This document shows positions 41,818-53,776 of a stretch of DNA of 64,000 nucleotides, one piece after another (the stretch's first letter is position 1; each line of letters begins with the position of its first letter). A program made the translations under genes and the position numbers. Source of the DNA: Auanema rhodensis (lineage: Eukaryota > Animalia > Nematoda). The notes under the pieces were generated by a model, which had not been told where the DNA came from, searched no databases, and saw nothing but the letters and a program-made list of their open reading frames with translations. The stretch is taken from NCBI GenBank assembly GCA_964057225.1, contig OZ059896.1, positions 16,554,001 through 16,618,000 on the forward strand. Reading direction: 5' to 3'.

Positions 41818-43968
41818 AAGAGAGCATATGCACGTAAAGATTATTATAACTGTTGTTTGAATGATTATCTCATTGATATACATTTCCATATAGTTATGAT
41901 CTGAATACGGAGACATCATAAAAGTTATTTCGATCTTAAATGAATTATATCGAGATAATAATAGAAAATACTCTATATGTATAGTTATAAAGAGCAAGGT
42001 CATTATGAAATCTATATTTTTTTATTTGATTTAATCAAAATTATAATTATTCATTTTCAGTGGAATATTTTGTGAAGCTCTTGTTCCATCAACTACTTTT
42101 GTTGATGCTGAAGATGGAGATACATTTAAGCTTAAGCTATCTGTTAACTTGTTGGAGGGACAAAAGAACTGGCTTTACTATAATGATAAGAAGATTCAAG
42201 GAGTTCCAATGCATGCTGGCGAATATCAATTCCGTTTAGATGCTCGTGATGCTCGTGGACAGGTGTGTTTATGTCTTTAAGAAGCTACTTTTGAGTTCTA
42301 TGTTTAATACAAAAAATCATTTATGTTTTATATATAGTATAATTAACATTTTCTAATTTACAGATGGTTTCCGCTCCATTCTCCGTTACTGTTCTTGATT
42401 CTGCTGAACGTAACCACATTGTCACAATGGCTCTTGACTTGACCAGCAAGCAAAATCTGGCTACTGATTCTAAGCTTATGGTCCAACTTGTCAAGCAAAT
42501 TGCTCTAGTTACTCGTAGCAAGAATGATGCTGTCGTTATCCAAGAAATTAAAAAGGAAGCTACTCGTACCATCGTCAAATGGAGTAACAACACCTTACCA
42601 TACAAGACGTGCTCCGAGTCGGGAATTGAAGACATGAAGAGAATCATGTTCACCAAGCAACGCAAGCAAATGAATCGCCAATTTGAGCGTGATATGACTG
42701 AACGTTTCAACGTTCGTTCTGTCAACCTTGAGCTAGTTGGAAACTGTGCTGCTGATGGCCTCGAGACCGCTACAACTGTACCATCCGTTGAAGCTGCTCA
42801 AGAATCTTCATTCCCCTGGGTCATTCTTCTTGCTGTTTTGGCTGTATTCTTCATCGTTGTCGCCATTCTTACTTTGTTATGCACAAAGAAGAAGGTTAAG
42901 AAGGTCAGTAAACGTTTGAATAACATTTGAAAATCATTTATATCCATTACGATATAACCGTTTATGTCAACAACAAGTCAAATTATTGGCGTCATCGGCT
43001 TTCTGAAACTCATTCTGATGATAGCCTGAGTGTATATTTCCTTCCGTGCCATTAGGCCATTAGAATGATGTGAAGACTGTCTGAAAGTGGCTATCGGTAT
43101 ATATGGCCTTCTAATTAAACACCTGCCTTATTCCGTTTTTTTTTTCAAAATTCTCACATAACGACCCCAATTTTCACACACAAACCTCGTTTTTGAGTTC
43201 ATTCGTATGACAGCCTCTAAACGAAAAACTTCTTTTTTAACTGCAACAAAATGAAAATGTAAGGTTATACGATTCTTAATGTGAATGTATTTACAGGAGA
43301 AACCATCTGAATTTGCTGGTAGAGGACATCCAGTTGTTTTCCCACAAGAAGTTGGAGACGATCACGATATGGATCATGCTACTACTCCCATGCTAACCAA
43401 GGAAGAAAGACCTCCACTCAAGGTATTTTAATTGTAACATCTTAATGTTTTACTGACCCAAATATGATCAAGGATTTTCTCTGATCACAAACCCCGCTCA
43501 GCTATGTTTTTCATGAATTTTCTTTTGTGTACTATCAAAACAACAAATTCTCATGCTTAACCTTTCTTATGTTGTGCTTATGTGTGCGTGTGCGTGCGTG
43601 CTGTGGTTTGTCGTAAACGACTGATAAACTCTCATACTTATCGTTACTATAGTTTATCGTTTTGACTAACTACTGTCCAACGTGCTTTGTTGTGTTGTGA
43701 TCCGGAATTGACACATGATTGTCTCGCTATCATGACCCTTTGTGCCTTCTGGCTCAGGCCCCATCATCCCTCCCACACTAGCAGCACATTCCGGATCTTA
43801 GCTATAAGACGATATATCACCCGCTAATATTCTAGGTTTCAGGTGTCTCAGCATGATAATCCACTCTACAAACCACCACCACCATTGGCTACCAACTCTC
43901 CACGCCTTGGATCTGTCACCACAACCGCCACAAACCAGAAGATGCCACCTCCATATGTACCACCCTAA
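38447..43968 (+). CDS. dgn-1: Dystroglycan, ~588 aa, 12 coding exons (38447-38575, 38817-38927, 39006-39122, 39190-39258, 39346-39429, 40069-40167, 40325-40384, 40432-40535, 42061-42262, 42364-42903, 43297-43422, 43843-43968)
   Basis: Signal peptide MFIAKVVLLATAALALT. Two cadherin-like CADG domains (LPKWL..LQGIP..DVG; TFVDAEDGDTFKLKL..IQGVP..FRLDARD). SEA-like IVKWSNNTLPYKTC. TM helix followed by KKKVKK. Cytoplasmic GHPVVFPQE and a C-terminal PPPYVPP* matching the vertebrate beta-dystroglycan terminus. All introns GT-AG with consistent phases (1767 nt). Confidence 0.93.
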
Positions 43969-45677
43969 GTCAGTTATGTTGAAAATGCCTATGAATTGCC
44001 AGATTCTACCTCGCTGATCATCCCTTCATCCCCCCAGTGTACATTATACTTAATAGTTTTTTTTCATTTTTTTGCAAATTTTTAAGTAGTCTTTGAAGTA
44101 TCTTCTATTTCAAATCATCTTCATCTGTTGGCTATCTCAGATTTTTACTGGGGATCAGTCAAGGAATTTCAAATTTATTCCTATATATTCTCATGCTTCA
44201 TTCATTAGTTTGTGTAGGTGTCGTCCTGCATAACACATCTTATGCTTACATATTCATCAGCTTGTCCTATCTCGCTATCATTATCATCAGATGTGATGTG
44301 AATAGATTCATTCGCTTCACATCCAACTGTTGTTATTTCTTCAAATTTCTTCATTTCCAGCCGGTTATTCCCGCGTTTGGTCCTTAGCTTTATATATCTT
44401 CCGTATAGAACCGTCCACTACGAACAACGGTTGTGCAATGCTGAGTGATTATCACAGATGTTTAGCACATCGTAAGACAACTTAAATGTTCTTGCTTAAT
44501 AAGTTAGTATAATTAATACCCGTTTTTTCAATTATAATTTGATTATAAATGAAAAATAATACATTCGTATATATATTATATATATATACACACATATATA
44601 GTTAAAGTAGACCATCTTAAGCTATAACAGGCTATAGACTTATTCTCATCGTCTTACTAAGAATTGTTTTTATTTTACCTAATAAAATTCGTATCGGGAG
44701 CTTATAAAGTCAATTAAACTATCATCAGGTTGTTCGTTTAGTTGATTTTTTCCTGACAATTTTGTAAAATCTATCAATTCCTATCTCCTACTCCCTATTC
44801 AGTTTTCAATTCAAATTCAAATCTTCTTTCCTCTTTACTTTATCTATGGGTACAGTTCTACTTCCAACCTTCTCTTCATGCATATATGGAATTATGTTTG
44901 ATATTATTTCTGCTTCATCGTTTGTTATTGATGTTGCTTTCCTCTTCATCTTTAAATCTTTTTTTTCCAAATGTTTGACTCGTTCTTCTGATGTCTTCTT
45001 GTCGCCTTTTTTTGAATATTTGTAGTCCAATTATGATAATCGTATATACAGATTACTCTATATGTACTATTGTTTAAACACATGAATTTATGAAATATAA
45101 TGTTTGTAATTATTTTGAAATCTGAAAAAACACACTAACTAGCCACATGACAAAGTATTAAGAATCCAAAATAATGATTAATATATATGGATATGTACTG
45201 AACTTTGATATAACAAACTAAGAAAGATATCAGGAAAAAGAAAGATAATAGATTACAATGAAACATACAAGAATATATGAATATTTTATAAAATATCAAC
45301 AATCATATACTATATAACTGTTCATAAATTATTATTTTAGAACTTTTATATTTCAAAATAATATTCATATGTAACAGATTATAAGATTACTATCTAATAA
45401 ACAGTTCATTCAAATATTATTTTATTCAAATATGATATACTCATATGTAATGATTGAGATTCTCAACAAAGTTTCTAAAAAAATTAATGTGGAATGTTCT
45501 TGTTTGGTTTAGAAAAATAGAAAGTTGTAAATAATGAAAACTCAAGAATTTGTAAATTAATACACGAATAATTGCTTGTTATTCTCAAACGCATATTTAT
45601 AAGATATAATATATATATATATATATATAGCCTTTAATTATTTGTAAATTGTCAACAAACATTGTTTTAGAAGGAAA

Positions 45678-45741
<64 letters not shown>

Positions 45742-45849
45742 GGAGGAAAGCATGAAGCAAGAAACAGAAAGAAAGAGAGAGATACAGAAGTAAAATATAG
45801 AAAAATTTAGTGTGTGTTCATCTCCTATTCTTAATAGTAATTTGCCTGT

Positions 45850-46030
45850 AAATTGTTTAATTGCTCCAATATGTTCGGACAGCTATGCTGATATCGGAGA
45901 ATAAGCTGGATAAAGGACAACTGGACGGAATTGGAATGAGCAAAATAAGCTGATGAACAGTCGAAATCGTTCTTAGCACATCGTGACTGTCGTCATCATC
46001 CTTTAATTGGTCGACTTAATCCATTGCCTT
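45850..46030 (-). pseudogene. Possible highly degenerate mariner-type transposase remnant
   Basis: The minus strand reads VVLYPAYSP(frameshift)DIS at ~45887-45922, resembling the mariner VLPHPAYSPDLAP motif, preceded by DDDSHDVLRT. Stops and frameshifts present; no TIRs seen. Confidence 0.3.
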
Positions 46031-46633
46031 TGTATGGTTGATGGCAAATTTAATGAGGCAGATGTGGTAGAATCTGAGTCAAAGCATATGCTTTTGACAT
46101 AAAATGATTTTGCTCCAACAGTTAGGTATTTCTAATTTGGGACTGAACTCATTAATGAATTAGAAGAAGTATAGTTGATAATTTAAAAAATTGAATATAT
46201 AATGTTATTGTATATTTCAATGTATGTATATATATTTATATTAAAAATAAATATTTAGTTTTTAAAATAAAACACAAAGAACAGGACACATAGTGAGAAA
46301 TATGCGTAGACTAGTTTAACAATATAACTTTTTTGTTGTTAAAGTAAATAATAAATTAATAAATATATATATTTATAAATAAAGCTTAAAAGTTTTTTTA
46401 AAGTTTAAATTAACGAAAGACAGACAGATGATCAATATATAATTAAGTAGATTTTTTTTCTTAGAAAAAAAATATAAATAACAAGCTAAAGCAAAATGAG
46501 CATTTCAGTTTCATGATAATTAATATACAGTCAATTTGTTTTCAAAAGAAATAATTATAATAAAAATTGAATATATACATAATTTAGAATCTTATGATTG
46601 CAGTATTGATAAACAAATGAATTAATTTTCAAT

Positions 46634-49600
46634 TTAAACACTAGTATTGAACCCGAACAGATTCTTGTTTGAATCCGTAGGAGCACCGAATCCAGCTACA
46701 GAAGCATTTGTTGGTTGCTCCGTTGGTGCAACAGGTGATAAGCTAAAACAAAATTGTTTTATTCATAATTATTTAACTTTAGAGTACCTTCGTGGTTCAA
46801 ACGTTGCTGGAGTTCCACTGATGGGGTATTGTGGGGCTTGTCGTTCAACCGGTGAACCGATTCGGAACTCATCTTTTTGGAATCCCTGAAGAAAAATATA
46901 ATTAGAATTGTCGATTATTCAGAAAATAGAAAAATATCTAGTGTAACGTACCCCATTATCTCGTTGAGAATACATTCCATATGGGCTATTTGAACTTTCT
47001 TGACGTTTTTTCTGTTTAATACACCAACATACGACGAATATCAAGATGAGAAGCTAATACAATAATGAATATATGATTGAGTGGTATGATCAAACTCACA
47101 ATAACAACTCCAACAGTTCCAAAGAAAACAGCAATGTATTTGAAATAATTTTCTTTCACTCGAGATCTACACCATGGTTGATTTCCCTTGTTCCATTCAA
47201 ATCGGTAATTGCTTGGATTATTATAATCGACGACAATACCGCCTGAAAAGAAAATTGTTTTATTTAAGGAAAATGAAGTTGAAAATAGGTTTTTTTTAAG
47301 AAATTTAACTGAACAAACTTACATTTGTATTCATTATCTCCTTTAACCCAATGAGATTGATAGCATTCAAAACGAGCAACATTTCCTTGAAGGTATCCAG
47401 GAGATAAAGCTGGAGTCTTCATCATGTATTCAGGATATTCAATGTTGATAGCTCCACAACTATTGTCTAAAATAAAATTGAATTATTAAATATTATATTT
47501 ATATGTGTATATATGTATAGTTAAGCTTATATTTTATTTCTTTTTTGGACTTACATTGCCTAACTGCTTCAACACGATCAACAGTGAATGTATTCCAAGC
47601 ATCTTGTTCTTCATTAGCCAAAACTTTTGAATTCATTAAAGCATAACTGTATAAGCATGGAACCTATAATACAAAATAAATTATTGATCAACTCAAGCTT
47701 TTCTTCATGTATGATGTTTGTTCAAATACTCACATTATCTCCACAATCATTGAGAATACTTCCTGGATCATCTGGACAATTTTGTGTTCCATATTGAATG
47801 TTGATTGTAGACTGTAATGGCTGTAAATCAACAGCCATGTTAGTCTGAAGATCACGACAAGCATTCAATAATTGATTAATATCCATTCCAGTTTGAGCTT
47901 CAAAACGGTTTCGACCACTAAATCAACATCAAATTAAGTTTAATACTTTGATTTTCTTAACAAATTACCTTTCATATTCAGGAGCAGCCTTGTAGATAGG
48001 TTCAGCACGACTGTTTGCTTCAGGGAATACATTGAACTTCTTGTCTTCATCCTTTGAAGTTGTGAACATGTTTTCAGCAGGTAATCCTTGTGCCAATGTT
48101 CCAGCCATGTTCTGTTGAGATCCTGATTCACCAGTTCCCAATACACGATCTGAACATGGTTTTTATGATATTACCACCGTGAAAAAATAAATATTTACAA
48201 TTATTAATAATTTGTTGTCTGTAGGTTTCAGAATTGACATCGTTGAGGGTGAGTCCAGTCATCAAGGCTCCAGACGTTTGTTCTGGGAATGGACGCATTA
48301 AGCCACTAATACGAGGAAGATCATATCGTTGTCTTTGCTCAGTTTCACGAGTTTTATCTCCATCTGGTCTCTAAAATAGAAAATTCTTCATTTTGCAATC
48401 GATACCTTTTCTAAATTAGATATTTCGAAAATAGAAACTTACAACTCCATATTGAGGAGGAACAGACAACTGAATATCCAACATTCCCATACTTTCTTGA
48501 TACATAGGTAAACGATCTATATCCATGGCATAAGATTCTCTTAAATAAAAAAAATAAAACAATTACAACAGAATGATGATGAATATTCTGGATACTTGTT
48601 AAAACATACCTGATACGAACTCCAATTTGAGCTTCTTCTAAAACAACATAGATTTCTGGTTGACCACGTTCGACGTTATTAACATAAATCAGAACTCCTT
48701 AAATATATTTAATTATTATAAGAGTTAATATACATTGATTATAATACCCTTGAATCGTTGAAGTCTAATAGTATCAAAGTAACGAAGGATATTTCCAACA
48801 AGAATATCTGTACGATAACGGAATCGTCGAGTATCTTTACGAGCCATGACGTGTACACGATCTGTTCCAGATGCTTCCAATGTAATACCTGAAAATTAAT
48901 TGTTGCTTTACTTTCGGTTATGAGCTTTAAGCTTACCAGTGATGACAGTAGCATTGATTGGTTGAACAAGATCAGATTGAGGAATGTATCGTCCTAATAA
49001 ACCTGAAAGGGAATGGTTAATGAAATAAATAATTAGATAGACACATACCGAAATCAACTTTTCTGTTTGGATAACGTTCTAAACGAACTTGGATCTTAAC
49101 TTCAGGTGTACGAGAAGTTGGTGGAATATAGAGGAAGTTGTAGACACCAGGTTCATTGAAGATGAATTTATCATTATCAATTGTATTGAATGTTCCAAGA
49201 CCAGAAGCTTGTCCTTAAAGAAATTAATTATTATGATATTTCAATTAAAAACTTTATTACCTGTAGCTGCTGGCTGATATTCTTGACAAGCTGATGATGG
49301 ACGACGCCAGTAGAACATCTGACATCTGAAGTCTGAGAATTTACAGCAGAGGAAGTATGGCATGTAATCGTGATGGAAAACTGATAATCCAGGAACCTAC
49401 AAATATGAATTTTATGTTAAATGAATTGTTTTACGGTTCAATTAATCTACCTCAAACTGTCCCATATACGGGGCTGTACCGAATTCATAAGCACGAAGAG
49501 GATATCCTGGATTGTAGAAGTAATCCTTTTGGGTCTTGATTACAGGTTGATAAGGTGTTTGCATAAGGAAACCAGCTTCATCATAACAACAGACTTGACC

Positions 49601-52600
49601 GTAATGCGTCATGAAGCGACTGGAATAGAATTTAAGATTATTTCGAATAACACAAAATGAAGCATACTGTGAGTTTTGTCCTGAAAAAGTATTTCCACCA
49701 CCAGCATAAGAAGAATAGATATTCTGGGAGGACATGTAACAATTCTTGGATCCAATCATAGATGTACATGTGATATCACGGAACATCTGTACAGCTTACG
49801 GTATTTTGAACTTTCAAGAAGTTTTAAGTACAAACCTGAGAACAACGAGGATGAGGCATCAAACGTCCAAGATCAAGACGAGCTTGGGTTTCAATACATG
49901 GGCAAGATGAATTAGTTTCAGTGTCACGAATGAAGTTCCATAAAGCTCCATCTTCGTCATACCTGAAAACATTTTATTTTGTGGATCACATTATAACTAA
50001 TTGGAAAATATAGATTGTTGAAAAATTGCTAAAACTGAAAAGAATATTTACCAGTCATGACACATTTCTTTAGCCTTCTTCTTAACAAACTGTTCTCGTT
50101 GAGCTTGTTCTCCAGAACTGAATGTTGTACCTGTGAAACGGTTATCTTCCGGATTCCACAACCAATGTAAAGATATTGGAGCAGATACAAGTCTTAAAAC
50201 AAATCAAATTTCATATTATTGCCAATAAAATTATTATTCTAGTACCCAGATAGAAGTTCTGTTCCATTCAAATCATTCGGTCTAACAGGAGCAAGTTTTA
50301 GGTATCCTGTTCGATATGTGTATAGAGTATTCATCCGTTCCCAATCAGTCATATACCATTGTTGAACCTAAACATCAGAACTTAAGACTTTTCCTTTGGT
50401 CAAGTAGCAAAATTTGGCAAATTTTGTACAAACCTGATTGACATTAATAACTTCTTCCTGTGGTCTCCAACGATAGTCGATGCTGTTACGGTTGGTGTAT
50501 GTAGCTAAACGGGCCAAAGTCTTGTGTTCTGGACGGAACTTTTTGATCTGAAGAGATTGAGAAGAAGTTGAATTATGTACATTGTGCATCTGCTTACTTC
50601 ATCATCTTTATATTCTCTGTAACCAATGACATAGAGACCTAGTTGAACTCCATAGAGAGCATCATCTGATATGCGTGATCCCATCTGGTTGATGTTATTC
50701 AGAAGATCCGGATTAGTGAAGTTTCTTGGATACCAAGTGAGAGGCATAAGCTGAAAATGTTTTTTTTGAATATCTTCATATGTACTTTTAAAACTTACGT
50801 AGTTAGGCATTGGATTTTTGAACCATTCATAGATATTACCAATATCCAAACGCATAGGATCCAATGTTGGAGGAACTATAAGCAGTGATTGATAAAACAA
50901 GTTTTAGTTTCAAGTTTCTGAGTAATATTGACCAATGGAAGTTTGAAGAGAACTTACCAAAATAGATATAACCAACAAAAGCTTTTTCATCGTTTGCTCC
51001 TCTAGATTGGGGTTGGAAATAGACAGTCTTGGTTCCCCAGTCATAAATCTTTGGAATGTTACAACGAGCAATAGATGGATTTAGGACAGTACATGTAGCG
51101 ACCTGAATGATTAAGTTACAACAAAGTTTTATAAAATATATTATTTTACCTCTCTTTCTTCAATCATAAGAATATATGTTTGAGTTCGTTCTAAACACAT
51201 TGCATTGATGTCAACAGTCATCTCACCAAGCATATTGACGATATTTGGATAAATCATGATTGGATCTGGAATAATTGTTCATAAAATTACATCTTATTGC
51301 TATCAAATGATGCTTAGAATTCAGAATACTCACATGTACCACCAGTCTTGTTACTGCAACCAGCAGGGCGAACGATGTCATCGACACGGAACATGTAACG
51401 TCCACGAACCATGTGTGGAACTCCGGATCGTTGTGCAAGAACCTTAGGAGTATTCTTGTAAGCTTGAGTAGGATCAACATCAACTACTCCAGTGTGATTA
51501 CCTCCATTGAAGATGGCCTGAACGAATATAATCATTAACATGAAGAACTCTAAATTTACTTACACGACAACGTCCAGAACGAGAATTAGCACGGAAATCT
51601 TGAGCATCAAAACCGAGACGATCGTAATTGAAAATGGTGTATGAAAGACGTCCTGGTTGATCAGTTAACCAGATAGCCTGATAAGTAGCTGTTTGTCCAG
51701 CATCAATATCTGATCGACCGGAAATAGCAGAGGCAGTGTTATACCATGTTACAACAAGAGCAGCATCAGCTCTGAACATGGAAGCTCCCGCAACTCCTTC
51801 TTGAAGCCATCTCATCATTTCATCCAAAAAGAAGTCACTCTGTTGATCACATCTTACATAGGAATCTGGTGTTCCTGGACAAGCTTGAGTAGCCGACTGC
51901 CCGAAGAATCCGGATCGTTGCATAGTTTGTCCCAAGTTCAAGTTAGATCCTGATTCTTGTCCGAACAAAGATTGGCGAAGTACAAGACGGTAGTACACTC
52001 CGGAACGGCGAGCTGGGTTTCCAGATTGTGGAACCTATGTTAGAACATGGTGAGAAGCGTACAAGTTGTTGTTTAAAGAATTACCTGCTGTTTACACAAG
52101 TATGGAGCAATCATAGCTGGATCTTCTTGACGAGGCCAATCTGTGGATTCTGGTCCAACATTAATAGTTGGTCCCTGATCCAATACAGTAGCAAAGCCCA
52201 TGTAACCGTTAACCGAAAGCTGTAAGAACACATGATTTTCTACATAATATAGTTAGTACTTACGGTTGTGTAATTATACAATCCTCCGTAAAACGGGAAA
52301 AACATATGGAGATCAATGGTTTGACCAGAAGTAAGCATACCGGGATTGACTTTCAAATCTCCAGCCTCAGGACCGAAAGGTACCAAATTAACTGAAAATA
52401 ATATAATCTCAATGACATTCTTAAGAATTTTTTTTTTTGAATGGATTAGCAAATAATTTTATTTACTTTCTGGCAATTTGTCTTTAGAATAATTGGACAT
52501 AAACCTCTTACATTTGTCATTTTATTCATCTGCGCTATACTTCATAGTTAATGGCAGAGTATAGTGGTATTAATGAAGCCATTTCCATATATTTAGATTG

Positions 52601-53776
52601 CAACCAAACTGTATATCTCTCTTCATCTATCCAAGATACACATAATATGTATATCCCTACTTGGATATCTCTCTCTTTCTCCCTCCCCCCCTCTCTCCCT
52701 CTTTCTCTCACACACACACTCAGCTCATTCTCTATATTTCGTTTACCTATACCCATTTCCCTTCTATGTTTAGTTTATTGACTGTTGCACTCAGCTGGCC
52801 TCTTTGGCAGTTGGCTTGGCGACTTCCAAACCTAGCCTTCTGATGATGATGGTAGCTGGTAAGCGATGAGCGACGGAAGGATTCAATAGTAGGAGGGTAA
52901 GCAAATACATAATATGATGATATATAGTAGGAGCCAAACAAGCAACGAACCGTTCAGCCACCTTCCATCACATTCGTCAACTGAACACAGCTTAAAAGGG
53001 AGATAGGATGATAGACAGATAGATAGAGAGAGAGAGAGGGAGGAAGTTGGAGATTGCAAGAGTTTGCGTAAGAAGCTTATGAGAGAGTAAGAACGAAAAG
53101 GAAAACAGTAAGATGAAACGGTTGACAGATATGAAGAAATAAGAGCTAAAAACCAGAGATTTAGAGAAAAATATCTCAATATTTCCTCAAACTACAGCTT
53201 TACCCGATCTTCATTTAAATAAAGTTTACCGTGGGATTATAAGGTTCTATATATGAACTATTTCAGCTTCTCATTATAGAAGCTTACCTTTAATATGAAT
53301 TAATTCCATCATTCAATAGATTATTTAATTAAAACTATTTAACAATCATATTGTAATGAAACATTTTGACCTCTAAAACTGATTTTTTGAACTTTCTTCT
53401 TTCACAAAAGAATTGAAAATGAAGTCATTTGGGTGCAAAACGGTTCTTTCCATCATTTCTTTTTCTTTTTATCATTTAAAATGATCATTAATTGACGAAA
53501 GACTAGTGGAAATGACATCATAATGCTTTCAGCGAGTTTTTTTTTCAGTTCTGACCCAAGTTTTCAGTTGAAAATTTGGGATACAACAAACAAAGACTTT
53601 TTTAAGCATGATGGCCATTTACCTCCATAATATGGGTTCGTTCCGGTTCCGGAAAACAGTGTTGATTGTGCTCCAGCTTGTGAACCTGTTGGTTGGCCTA
53701 CATTCTGATTAATAGCTGATTGTTGATGTGATGATTTTATAAGAAAAATAAGAGTTATAAGCCATCGTATGGTCAT
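46634..53776 (-). CDS. Mesh/SUSD2-like single-pass membrane protein (NIDO - AMOP - VWD - Sushi - TM), C. elegans K03H1.5-like; more than 20 exons, first coding exon 53776-53623, second starting at 52391
   Basis: Signal peptide MTIRWLITLIFLIKSSHQQ. NIDO segments (LVPFGPEAGD, FPFYGGLY, ALVVTWYN, TYQAIWLTD, GRYMFRVD). AMOP (SCPC, QVCCYDEAG, PYFLCC, FYWRRPS). VWD (FNTIDNDKFIFNEPGVY). Sushi (CGAI..FECYQ..KC..W). TM IAVFFGTVGVVI..LILIFVVCWC. Stop after ..FGFNTSV at 46634. Not every internal boundary was tabulated. Confidence 0.9.

Noticed and set aside
46647-52225. Several + strand ORFs (46647, 49089, 49357, 49421, 51256, 52028)
   Set aside because: Antisense shadows of the Mesh-like coding exons.
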